A stretch of DNA of 64,000 nt from positions 7,845 to 71,844 of the forward strand of contig CAXTME010000006.1 of assembly GCA_964245215.1 (NCBI GenBank), read 5' to 3'. The notes under the pieces were generated by a model. It was not told the origin of the DNA. It did not search any database and was given only the letters and a program-made list of their open reading frames with translations. Positions 40,806 to 50,208 of this stretch are shown here, in pieces (position 1 is the first letter of the stretch; each line of letters begins with the position of its first letter). The translations under genes were made by a program, and so were the position numbers. The DNA is from an uncultured Lichenihabitans sp. GTDB taxonomy: Bacteria; Pseudomonadota; Alphaproteobacteria; Rhizobiales; Beijerinckiaceae.

Positions 40806-41416
40806 GAGAAATTCCTAAGTAATATAGATAAGGTTTCGATCGCGCTTCGACACAATATAATTTCTTTATTCTCGTGCGGCGGCCCGTTTAGACACTCTGT
40901 GCTGACAGCCTCCACCCCGCGATCGAGTTCTACACGGGGCTGTGAGTGCACCCGGCATCGACGCTCGGGAGTGAAGGCCTAACGTGTAAGATCACACGAC
41001 CGAGGTGCGTTGCTGGTTTTCCGTTTCGGCCCATCGGTGAGAGACAGAAAGCTCCGCGCGGCAACCCGAGAGGCGGAGACCGCAACAGCGTGCGATGCTA
41101 CCGAAGCTCGATTCCTGACATTTGACACGAGGCGCCGTCTTTCATCGATCCGATAAAGGATGGAACGCCGAGACCGCAGCGTTCGGCGAGGCGTGCGGCA
41201 ATCTGCCAAAATCGCAGGAAAGACGCGGCATCGCGTGTTCAGCGTCCAGTGCACAAACGCGAGACCCGTCCATCGAAGCTGGAGAACGTGATGCGTGGCC
41301 TGAAAGTGTGGCAGGACGGGCCCGGCGGCTTCCGGGCTGGAGGGTCCAAGATCGGATTGCACATGGCTCAACCGTTCCGTTAGGGTGATGCCCCGTTCTT
41401 GCGCCCAAGGCTGCCC

Positions 41417-42640
41417 ATGCCCGCTCCGAGGAAAGTCGCCCTTTTATCGAAGGAGTATCCGCCCTTCGTCTACGGCGGTGCCGGGGTGCATGTCGAATAT
41501 CTGGCCCGTGCTCTGGCCAAGAGCATCGACGTCGAGGTTCGCTGCTTCGGCGATCAGCACGCCACCGAAGGGCGCCTCGCGGTCCGAGGCTATCCACAAT
41601 GGCAGGAGACGCAACGGGGCACCGATTCGCGTTTCGTCGGCGCGATCGACGCCTTCGCGCGTTCGCTCGCCATGGCGAAAGACACGCTCGACGCCGATCT
41701 CGTCCATTGTCACACCTGGTACACCGATATGGGAGGCGTGATCGCCTCGAAGTTGTGGGGCGTGCCGAGCGTCTTGACCATCCACTCGCTTGAACCCCTA
41801 CGCCCTTGGAAGGTGGAGCAACTCGGCAACGCCTATCACCTGTCTGCCTGGATGGAGCGCACCGCGATCACGGAGGCTGACGCCATCGTGGCCGTTTCCC
41901 GCGAGACTAAAGCCGACGTGCTGCGCCTGTTCGACGTCGACCCGGCGCGGGTGCATGTCATCCACAATGGCATCGATCTTGACGAGTACCGCGCCGTACC
42001 GGGCGTCGACGTGCTGACGCGCCACGGCATCGATCCGAGCCGACCGTTCCTGCTCTTCGTCGGCCGCATCACGCGTCAAAAGGGCATCATGCACTTGGTG
42101 AACGCGATCCCGAAGATCGATCCCTCCTTGCAGATCGTCCTCTGCGCAGGCGCGCCCGATACACCCGAGATCGGGGAGGAGATGACAAGAGGGGTCGCCA
42201 GGGTCGCCGGTGAACGTCCGGGCGTCATCTGGATCCGCGAGATGTTGCCGCGGGCCGACGTGATCCAGCTCTACACCCATGCTGCCGTGTTCTGCTGCCC
42301 TTCGGTCTACGAGCCTTTCGGCATCATCAACCTTGAAGCGATGGCTTGCGAGACCGCCGTGGTGGCGACAAGCGTCGGCGGGATCCCCGAGGTGGTCGTG
42401 CCCGAAGAGACTGGTTTGCTCGTTGATCCGGGTCTGGCGGCCGGGACATTCGAGCCCAGCGATCCGGCGGGTTTCGCAGGCGCACTCGCCGGAGCGGTCA
42501 ATCGACTGGCCGGCGACAAGGCCTTGCGCGACAGGTTCGGTGCCGCAGGCCGCAGGCGGGTCGAGGCCCACTTCAGCTGGGATGCCATCGCCGATCAGAC
42601 GCTCGCCTTGTACGCGAAGGTGCTCGACCACGGCAAGTAA
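41417..42640 (+). CDS. glgM: GT4 glycogen synthase/alpha-maltose-1-phosphate synthase (actinobacterial GlgA/GlgM type)
   Basis: EYPP.VYGGAGVHVEYL, VHCHTWY, HSLEPLRPWKVEQLG..Y.LS.W.E, FVGRITRQKG, PSVYEPFGIINLEAMAC. Confidence 0.85.
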   Translation: MPAPRKVALLSKEYPPFVYGGAGVHVEYLARALAKSIDVEVRCFGDQHATEGRLAVRGYPQWQETQRGTDSRFVGAIDAFARSLAMAKDTLDADLVHCHTWYTDMGGVIASKLWGVPSVLTIHSLEPLRPWKVEQLGNAYHLSAWMERTAITEADAIVAVSRETKADVLRLFDVDPARVHVIHNGIDLDEYRAVPGVDVLTRHGIDPSRPFLLFVGRITRQKGIMHLVNAIPKIDPSLQIVLCAGAPDTPEIGEEMTRGVARVAGERPGVIWIREMLPRADVIQLYTHAAVFCCPSVYEPFGIINLEAMACETAVVATSVGGIPEVVVPEETGLLVDPGLAAGTFEPSDPAGFAGALAGAVNRLAGDKALRDRFGAAGRRRVEAHFSWDAIADQTLALYAKVLDHGK

Positions 42641-42927
42641 AGCTCTCGCCGACAGTACGACGGCGCTTGAGCCGACGCTGCCGCGAGCCTTGGGCTTTGC
42701 GGCACGCGGACCTCCAGAGCCTCCGCGCCGGTCGTCTGGGGCGCGGTGTCGGCGGCGAACCCTTCGGTGGCGTCCAACCACCACATGCAAACTCCCGAGG
42801 GCAAGCAAGCCTCGATCGATGGCCGGCGCTGTCGAGAGGCAGAGCCCCCGAATTTAATGAGACAATGGTCAACTCGGGCATGTCGACAAGCATTCTGAAT
42901 GTAATCTAAAAATACTGAGAGTTGATT

Positions 42928-42952
42928 GGAACTCGGCACCTGCGTGGTTGTT
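42928..42952 (+). promoter_or_regulatory. Putative EcfG general-stress promoter
   Basis: GGAAC-N16-TGTT, 45 nt upstream of ATG 42998. Confidence 0.6.
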
Positions 42953-42997
42953 ACTTAAGGGAGCAGTGTCTAAGTAATACTGCTGTGGGAGGGTGAA

Positions 42998-43249
42998 ATG
43001 TCTAAGTCTATGCTAATTCTGATCAGCGCTACTCTGATCGTGACGGCGAGCAGCGCCGCTATTGCGCAAAACGCCAATGACGCTACGGCGCCAGCGATGA
43101 CCGGAGCCACAGGGGCAGCACCAGCGGCTCAGAAGTTGCCAAACGGTGCCGGAACAGATCCTGCCACAAACGCGGACAAGCCGGCTCAGGCCGGCGGGGC
43201 TTCTGGCACAGGTGCCGCGGCTAAAACTGATAGCGGCACTGCCAAGTAA
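42998..43249 (+). CDS. Small exported Ala/Gly/Thr-rich low-complexity protein
   Basis: gggagg RBS; signal peptide ending AIA-Q; disordered-looking 60-aa mature part. Confidence 0.78.
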   Translation: MSKSMLILISATLIVTASSAAIAQNANDATAPAMTGATGAAPAAQKLPNGAGTDPATNADKPAQAGGASGTGAAAKTDSGTAK

Positions 43250-43261
43250 TCCATAGTGCGA

Positions 43262-43300
43262 GCTACTGAGCGTTGCCCTGATTGGGCGACGCTCAGTAGC
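43262..43300. terminator. 17-bp hairpin immediately after the 42998 gene
   Basis: gctactgagcgttgccc-tgatt-gggcgacgctcagtagc (one G.U pair). Confidence 0.55.
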
Positions 43301-43330
43301 AATCGGAGGAAAGATAGTCAGGATAATCTC

Positions 43331-43348
43331 GATTGCGATAACGCAATC
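43331..43348. promoter_or_regulatory. Palindrome GATTGCG-ATAA-CGCAATC (possible operator)
   Basis: Perfect 7-4-7 inverted repeat in an AT-rich spacer. Confidence 0.25.
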
Positions 43349-43399
43349 CGTACCGAGACCTTGATCAAAATAGCAAACCCGACCTTCTCAAGTGAATTC

Positions 43400-43530
43400 G
43401 AAGCGCCTCAAACAGAAGTGATGAACTCCTGCGCATCTGCGGGCCGGACCGAGTTTTTCGCGACGTAAGCCGCCAGGATTTCCGAAGTCGACTCGGCTCA
43501 TCGGCCTTGTTCTGCTCGTCGGTTTCTGCC
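43400..43530 (-). pseudogene. Relic of a MucR/Ros N-terminal oligomerisation domain
   Basis: ETDEQNKADE [frameshift] AESTSEILAAYVAKNSVRPADAQEFITSV*GA matches the MucR pattern LTxxIVxAYVxxNxVxxxxLxxLIxxVH; in-frame TGA and no zinc finger. Confidence 0.65.
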
Positions 43531-43861
43531 GCCCGATAAACTAATTCGATGCTTGACGTTGCTGCCTTGGCCATCTTAGAGACAAGGGTTATGTAAACCT
43601 CCGCAATAGGATAATCCAGATGCGAGTGTTGATCGTGGGCGGCGTCGTAACTGGCATGTCTCTTCGTGCCTCTCCGCATCCGCCCCTCGCCGAGTGACAT
43701 CATAAGGCGTGCCCCATAGCACAGCCGAGACCCTTACTGATCAACTTGTTTGCTTTAACTTGGTAGTTGAAACAGCTGACCGGTGTGACCCTCCTCGCAG
43801 TATCGGAATGCCGCCAGTCCACTCTGTGCGGCGTCGCGAGACGCGAGTTTAAGAGCGGGCT

Positions 43862-45460
43862 ATGAGCTTACCTGCTAGGATTGATAGTCTTGTTAGATCG
43901 CTTCGGCGCGGCGTTGCGCCCTTCGCGCCATTCGTGTTCGGCCTCGTCCTGACGGCGCTCGCGCTTACCTTCGTGCGGCGCCACGCCGTCGACTGGTCCT
44001 ACAACGACGACTGGGCCACGCTGCGCTGGTTCGCCGACGCAGACGCCGGGCACCTAGGCTCCGCAGGTCTGCTCGACCTTTGGAACAACGAGCACCCGGT
44101 CGACACCCAGTTCGCCACACTGTGGCTGGCACGCCTCGTTGTCGGCCTGGACATGCGGGCCTTCGCGGTCCTGTCTGCCGCCGTAGTGGCCGCCACCGCA
44201 ATGGGCGCGACGACGCTTGCAACCGACGCCAGCGCATCTGTCGTGGCCCGCTGCGCCGCCGTCGCGGCCTGCTTCGCGCTCGCGTTCCAGCCGACGCAGA
44301 TGGAGCACCTCTTGTGGAGCTTCGAAATCGGCTGGTTCCTGATCAATGCCGCCGTTGTGGCCGACGTCGTTTTAACAGAGCGCCTCGGCCCGCGCGCTAT
44401 CTGGCCCGTCACGGCGCTCTGCGCTGCGGCGTCGCTGGCTTCGGCCCAAGGGGCATTCGCGTTTTTCGCCGCTGCGTTCCATCAAGCATTGATGCCGGCC
44501 CGGCCCGGGCGGCGCGGCGCGGCCGTGCTGCTCGCGCTCGGGGGCTTGGTGGCCGTAGCGCACCTCTTTTGGCAGCCACACCCCTCCACCTCAGGCCCGG
44601 CCGAGCCCGACCGCAACCTCGGCGGGATTATGATCTTCGCGCTCGAGGTGCTCGGCGGCCTCTTCGGCGTGCGGGGCCGCGTGCCGCTGCTCCTTGGTGG
44701 AGCGAGCCTTGTCGCCGCGGCCGCCCTGCTCCTCTGGATGCGGCGCCGCACCACCCGACCGGACCGAATGCGTGCCGCGATTGTTCTGATGGCCTTCTCG
44801 GCACTCTGCCTCGGCGCCTTCGCGCGCGGCCGCCACCACCTCGGCCTCGACTGGGCAACGGCCTCGTTCCACGCGGCGCCGCTGCTCGTACCCTTCACGC
44901 TCGGCCTCGCGGTGCTGCTCGGGGCGCCGGCCTTCGCCGCGCCGGCTGTCCGATGGCTCGACCGCAGCGCGGCCGCCCTGGCGGTCCTCCTGCTCGCGGC
45001 CTCGACCGCGGCGGCTTGGCCTTACGGGCTGACGCGGGCGCGGCTCTGGGCCATGGAGCAGGGCTACGCCCGCTGGGCAAGCTGTTCGAGGGAGGTGCCG
45101 GAGATCGTCGCAGCGCGCGGCAGCGGAGTTGGCTACGACCTCGCGGGATTTACGGCGCTGCGACCGCTGGCCTCGACGATGTGCGCCGCCCCGGCAGGGC
45201 CGCTTGAGAGGGTGCTGGTCCGGCGGCCGCCTCTGTTCGATGCTCTGTCTGCGGGCCGGCCCGAAGTAGACGATGCACTCGCTACGCTCTGGCAGGACTA
45301 CGCGACGGACCTTGAACTCCAACTCGCCTTCAAGCCGTGGCGGCTCGACACGCCGACGCGCCTCTTGATCTTCGCCAAAGCGAACGCGGAAAAGGGATCC
45401 GAGGTCGACCCGGAACGCCTCGCGCGCTACGCGGACATCTTTCGCACCCTCGCGCCGTGA
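43862..45460 (+). CDS. Multi-TM membrane protein, probable GT-C-type glycosyltransferase
   Basis: First-loop acidic motif YNDDW...WNNEHP followed by about 11 hydrophobic segments and a soluble C-terminal tail. The function is inferred. Confidence 0.6.
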   Translation: MSLPARIDSLVRSLRRGVAPFAPFVFGLVLTALALTFVRRHAVDWSYNDDWATLRWFADADAGHLGSAGLLDLWNNEHPVDTQFATLWLARLVVGLDMRAFAVLSAAVVAATAMGATTLATDASASVVARCAAVAACFALAFQPTQMEHLLWSFEIGWFLINAAVVADVVLTERLGPRAIWPVTALCAAASLASAQGAFAFFAAAFHQALMPARPGRRGAAVLLALGGLVAVAHLFWQPHPSTSGPAEPDRNLGGIMIFALEVLGGLFGVRGRVPLLLGGASLVAAAALLLWMRRRTTRPDRMRAAIVLMAFSALCLGAFARGRHHLGLDWATASFHAAPLLVPFTLGLAVLLGAPAFAAPAVRWLDRSAAALAVLLLAASTAAAWPYGLTRARLWAMEQGYARWASCSREVPEIVAARGSGVGYDLAGFTALRPLASTMCAAPAGPLERVLVRRPPLFDALSAGRPEVDDALATLWQDYATDLELQLAFKPWRLDTPTRLLIFAKANAEKGSEVDPERLARYADIFRTLAP

Positions 45461-45519
45461 TCGGCTCGCTCGATCCACAAGACGAGTTGCGGCCGATGAA
45501 GGCCGTCTCCGGCGAGGTC

Positions 45520-45699
45520 GGGGTGCAGGTTCCCCAGCGACGCGAAGGTCGCGGCGGAAGTGCGCCTGCCGCATCTCATCTGGCCCATAAGAACGGGACG
45601 ACGCTGAACGCGTCGAGGGCGTAAGGGAAGACCAAGTTCTTCCAGCAGCCGGATGATGCGTTCTGAGCGGGAGCGGTCGAGATGGACGAGCCTGATCAT
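45520..45699 (-). pseudogene. Frameshifted GST N-terminal relic
   Basis: MIRLVHLDRSRSERIIRLLEELGLP, then loss of GST similarity. The left boundary is approximate. Confidence 0.65.
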
Positions 45700-45823
45700 C
45701 GATGATGGTTCGAGTGGTTGCTGGAAGCCGACGCCGCCCGCCCGCCCCCCGGCCTTGGAAAGGTCGATGGACTTGGCGCCGTTCCCACGCCGGGCGACCG
45801 CAAGCCGGGCCGAGCGCGCGCCC

Positions 45824-46990
45824 TCAAGCCGCCTTGATGGCCGGCTCTGCCGAGCCTGTGGCCAGCGGCCAGCCAATGCAGCTGTCATGGGCGCGGAAGT
45901 TGCGTAGCCACCATGCCCAATCTTCCGGCACGAGAGAGAACGGGTCGTTATGAGCGAGCTCACGTGCAGCCCACACCGGCCAGTGCGGATTGGACAGCGC
46001 CGGCCGGCCCAGGAACACGAGGTCAATCAGCTCTTCCCGGATCACCCGGTCGGCCACCGCCGGCAGTCCAAGGTTCCAGCTAACGCCGACAGGTATGCCG
46101 ACTTCGCGCTTCACGCGGGTGCCGCGCTCCACCATGAAGGCGAGGTCCGCGAAGGGCAGCACCTTCATGTCATCGGTGTTGAAACCGATGGACAGGTCCG
46201 CCATGTCGAGCCCGTGTTCCTTCATCCAGCCGATGGCAATGATGGACTCGTCGAACTGCACGCCCTTCTCGTTGAGGTCGTCCGAGCCAAGCCGCATCGT
46301 CAGCGGATACTTCTCCGGCCATGCCGCGCGCACGGCATCGAGAGCCTCGAGGTGGAAGCGACAACGGTTCTCGAGCGAGCCGCCGTACTGATCGGTGCGG
46401 TGGTTCGCGATAGGCGAGAAGAAGCTCGCGCCAAGGTAGCCGTGCGCATAATGCATCTCCAGCCACTCGAAGCCCGCCGCCTCGGCCCGCCGCGCCGCAT
46501 CTGCATAGGCCTTATGCAGGTCGTGTATCTCCTCGACCGTCAGTTCCTGCACCGGGTAAGGGTATTTGGTGCCGCCATAGGGTATGGCGGAAGGCCCGCG
46601 CACCTGCCAACCGTCCGGATGATCCGCCGGCAGCTGCAGCCCGCCCTCCCAGGGCTTGGTCTCGCTGCCCTTTCGCCCGGTGTGGCCGAGCTGGATGGCC
46701 GGCACGCCGCCCATGTCCTTGATCATGGTGTTGACCCGCGCCAAGCCCTCGATCTGCGCGTCGTCGTAGATGCCGGCGCAGCTCGTAGTGGTGCGCCCGT
46801 CCGGCGTGATGGCGAGCTGTTCGTGAAAGACAAGCCCGAAGCCGCCCGCCGCGCGCGAGCCAAGCAGCATCAAGTGATAGTCGGTCATCGTCCCGTCGGG
46901 CGGCGAGCGATACATGGTCATCGGCGACATAGCGATCCGATTGCGCAGCGTGACGTCCTTGAGCGTAAACGGGCTGAACAGATCGGGCAT
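45824..46990 (-). CDS. NADH:flavin oxidoreductase (Old Yellow Enzyme, YqjM/NamA-like)
   Basis: LFSPFTLKDVTLRNRIAMSPM, IQLGHTGRK, EMHYAHGYL, NHRTDQYGGSLENR, LGRPALSNPHW. Confidence 0.93.
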   Translation of the reverse strand: MPDLFSPFTLKDVTLRNRIAMSPMTMYRSPPDGTMTDYHLMLLGSRAAGGFGLVFHEQLAITPDGRTTTSCAGIYDDAQIEGLARVNTMIKDMGGVPAIQLGHTGRKGSETKPWEGGLQLPADHPDGWQVRGPSAIPYGGTKYPYPVQELTVEEIHDLHKAYADAARRAEAAGFEWLEMHYAHGYLGASFFSPIANHRTDQYGGSLENRCRFHLEALDAVRAAWPEKYPLTMRLGSDDLNEKGVQFDESIIAIGWMKEHGLDMADLSIGFNTDDMKVLPFADLAFMVERGTRVKREVGIPVGVSWNLGLPAVADRVIREELIDLVFLGRPALSNPHWPVWAARELAHNDPFSLVPEDWAWWLRNFRAHDSCIGWPLATGSAEPAIKAA

Positions 46991-47367
46991 AGGGGCCTCC
47001 AGTAGTGGCACGGTCGGCGCGAGCCGGCGCACGACATCTTTTGCAACCGACATGCCAAAATGGCTGTCCGCATTCGGACGGAACGACGGTGCGTTCGGAC
47101 GGCGAAATGTCTTGAAAGCTGGTCGAGTTGTTCAATCAAACCTTGCCCCTGATCGACACTCCAGCTTTGAACACCTTGATTGACATACAGCTCGTTCGCA
47201 CCACGGCCCATTCGGAACCGGCGCGACGCCATTGCGGCGGCGCATCGGATCGGCGCACCGAACGCAGGCTCGTCCTCCGCCTGAGACAGGCCAACACTCG
47301 CCACGCCGATCTCGAGCATGACGTCCCTCGTGAGTCCTGCTCCGCCAAACAGTTAAGGTCGCTTCCC

Positions 47368-47392
47368 TGAACCTCGCTTGGACGATGCAGTT
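47368..47392 (+). promoter_or_regulatory. Putative EcfG-type promoter
   Basis: TGAAC-N16-AGTT, 56 nt upstream of ATG 47449. Confidence 0.45.
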
Positions 47393-47448
47393 GACCGGGG
47401 TACCTATGTCTAGCCCGTCAGGATTGACTAACCAGGAAGCTCCAGGCC

Positions 47449-47745
47449 ATGCCGCAGACCATAGCAGCCGAGTTCGATACGCGTCGCGGTGCCGAGATGT
47501 CGGTCGAACATCTCGTCCAGGAATACGGCTTCGACCGCAGTGCTATATCGATCGTGTCGGTGACGGATGAAAACAGCGCCGGCACGCAGATGGCCGGAAG
47601 CGATCTGAATGAAGGGGAGCCGAAGGAGGGTGCGGTGACCCAGCCAGCCCTGTCCGGAAGATTGAGGGTTTCAGTCGAGGTCGATAAGAGCCGGGAAGAC
47701 AAGGTTCTGAAGACCTTTGCTACTTATGGCGGTAAGCAGAGCTGA
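47449..47745 (+). CDS. Hypothetical acidic protein (98 aa)
   Basis: aggaag RBS-like; TI.A.F.TRR.AE.SVEHLVQEYG..R..I...DENSAG pattern of an uncharacterised family. Confidence 0.72.
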   Translation: MPQTIAAEFDTRRGAEMSVEHLVQEYGFDRSAISIVSVTDENSAGTQMAGSDLNEGEPKEGAVTQPALSGRLRVSVEVDKSREDKVLKTFATYGGKQS

Positions 47746-48058
47746 CGAGCTGTCCGGCCCACGAATGGCTATGGCACTGAGGGCGACGTCATCCCCGGCC
47801 GTAACGGCGAGGTTCTGGCGAACGTCAGTCGAGGACCCGAACCTGCTCGCCAATCCTGCAAGGCCTCAGCAATTCGGCCCTCCTCGACGTTGCGATTTCG
47901 CTCGATGACAGCAAAAATATGCCACGCTGGAACCGCAACGGTGGCCAGCTTCGCCTGCTCACCAGGCGAAAGTTCATTTCAACGGCATTGCCGGCTGCAG
48001 CTTGTCTGCGACTGCCCCGCAACCAGACGAATGCATGTCAGCCCGTTGGACGACAGTC

Positions 48059-48602
48059 TCAAACAGTCGCCGAACCGGGCTCTGCCATCTTACGGTGCTG
48101 CTCAGCCAGCATGCCAGCCGGCGTGATCGATGCGATGGCGGTCTGCAGCTTATTGTGCCAGCCCGCCACCACATCACCTTCGCCTTTCATCATCGCTTTG
48201 AAGCCGGTCTTAGCGATGTCGGCGGGATCGTCCTTCTTGGCCGTCCCGACCTTGGTGTCCATCATGTCGGCCCGCTTGAAGAACTCCGTCTCACCTCGGT
48301 GAAGTCCTGGTCGAGGAAACCCTGCCGAGACCACGTCCGGCGTTGGCCAGGAGGGCTGCGACCGGCCGTCCCTTGATGGCGGCGTAAAGCTTGTCGACGC
48401 CTTCCATGGTCGACAGATCGGCTTCGAGCGCCTCGACCGCTCCCCCAAGAGCACGGAGTTCTTGGGCCACCCGGGAGATCGCGGCCTTGTCGGCCGATAG
48501 AAGAAGGTCAAAGCCGTTCTCGGCGCATTGCTTGGCGAGCTCGCAACCGATACCGCTCGATGCACCGGTCACGATTGCGAGCGGGCGGGATGTGTCGGGC
48601 AT
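48059..48602 (-). pseudogene. SDR oxidoreductase with internal deletion and frameshift
   Basis: N-terminus IVTGASSGIG...NAGRGLG, then -1 shift FLDQDFTEVRR, joined directly to the C-terminal ETEFFKRADMMDTKVG...; the catalytic YxxxK segment is missing. Confidence 0.88.
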
Positions 48603-48870
48603 GAGCGTTCTCCATCGCTGATGCGGAGAGACGCCTGTCTTCCACCGATTGTTACCGCGTGCGGTTCTTCGACGGCGTCGGCACCCGTTACGACGCGTCA
48701 GGCCTGCCGACGATAACTCCCGCGGCACTTGTCGGCGTCGGGCTTGCGATCGACGCGCTGGTGCGCCTGCCCCGCTCGAGCAGAAACAGGCGATGAGCCA
48801 GGTAAACCTTGCAATCGAGATGAATCGATGCACCGCCTCGAAGCTTGTGGCTAGGGGTAGCGTTCCAGAC

Positions 48871-49809
48871 TTACTGCAAGGATTGTTGCCCTGCCCATTG
48901 CCTAATGACAGAGTTGGAATAGCCCGGCTGCTCGAAAATACTGGCGTGCTCGGCCTGGGGAATAATCACGAAGGTCGGATTGGGGATCGCGGCCGCCATC
49001 ATCGCACTGATCTCCCACGAATAGATGGGATCATCCACACCGACGAGGACCAGCGTTGGCACTGCGATTTTCGGCAGCAGGGCGGTGTAGTCGGGCCGGG
49101 TTGCCAAAGCCTGTCCTCCGCCGGTGACGCCGTTGAGAGAAGCCTCGGCGATGATGTCCATCATCGTCGCTGTGGCAGGTTGGTTGTTGAGCCGCTCCGT
49201 GCCGGTCAGCATCTGCGGCGTGATCGTGGGCACAATCGACGGCACACCCAGTTGCCCGGCCTGAACCCCGAAAGCTGGCCATTCAGCCTGCTCCTCGATC
49301 GTGGCCGCCATGGCATTCGTATCGATGAGAATCATGCCGAGAAAACGCGTTGGGGCCTCCCGATACAGCTCCAGGGTGATCTGACCTCCCATCGAGTGAC
49401 CTCCGATGATCGCCTTCCTGATACCGAGCTGGTTCATGAACGCTAGGATGTCATGAGCATAAATCTGAATGGAACCCTGGGCGTTCGGGGCCGTGCTCTT
49501 GCCGAAGCCGCGTAGGTCCGGCGTGATCACTTCGAAGCGCTGACTGAGCCCAGCAAGTTGGCCTTGGAACAATTGGCCGCTTAGCGGAAAACCATGGATG
49601 AGGATCAATGGCGTTCCGCTACCGGACACCTGATAGAAAATGTTCGCCCCGTTCACGTTGACGTATTGGCCCTGCCGCTGATCGGCAGCCGCCGCTTGAG
49701 CCGCGGTCGGGATTGGTAAAAGCGGCGGTTGTTGGGCGATACTCTGAGTCGAAAGCATCGACATGCTGAGAAGACCAAGAAGGCCCGCGGCTAAAGTCCT
49801 GACTGACAA
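48871..49809 (-). CDS. Exported alpha/beta hydrolase
   Basis: TTG start after ggag; signal peptide; LIHGFP, PDLRGFGKS, GHSMGG, GVDD, AEHAS. Confidence 0.9.
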   Translation of the reverse strand: MSVRTLAAGLLGLLSMSMLSTQSIAQQPPLLPIPTAAQAAAADQRQGQYVNVNGANIFYQVSGSGTPLILIHGFPLSGQLFQGQLAGLSQRFEVITPDLRGFGKSTAPNAQGSIQIYAHDILAFMNQLGIRKAIIGGHSMGGQITLELYREAPTRFLGMILIDTNAMAATIEEQAEWPAFGVQAGQLGVPSIVPTITPQMLTGTERLNNQPATATMMDIIAEASLNGVTGGGQALATRPDYTALLPKIAVPTLVLVGVDDPIYSWEISAMMAAAIPNPTFVIIPQAEHASIFEQPGYSNSVIRQWAGQQSLQ

Positions 49810-50208
49810 TTATCATCTCCATGCTTCGTCGCCGAGCATTTCAAGTAGCAATCAGCTTTTCCAGTAAAATGTTTCTGCAGTTCGCAGCTCTTCGTGATGG
49901 TCAGCATTGCCGAATTGTTTGCGAGAGTTCGGCGAACGGACCTGCAGGACCGCAGTTGATTGTGGTCTCACCGGAGCCGAGCCGCTGATACAAGTGCAAG
50001 GCATGCCCGACGCAGCCTCTTGGACGGACTCCGACCGTCCAGTTTAGGACGCTGATCGTCCAGGCAAGCAACATCGAGGAACATGGACGGAAGCTCGTTG
50101 CTTTGGTGGCAACCTGACTTCGAAATCATCCGCCTGCATCGATCGCCTGACCGCCGTGACGATCCATGTGGTCGAAATAGCCCTCGCGACTTGGAAGGGA
50201 AAGTCGAG

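Noticed and set aside
40979-41388. ORFs in the spacer between the SDR and glgM
   Set aside because: Low-complexity translations on both strands with no family signal.
43408-43410. In-frame TGA in the MucR relic read as selenocysteine (selD is in the window)
   Set aside because: It aligns to a non-Cys position, a frameshift lies upstream, and no SECIS-like hairpin was identified.
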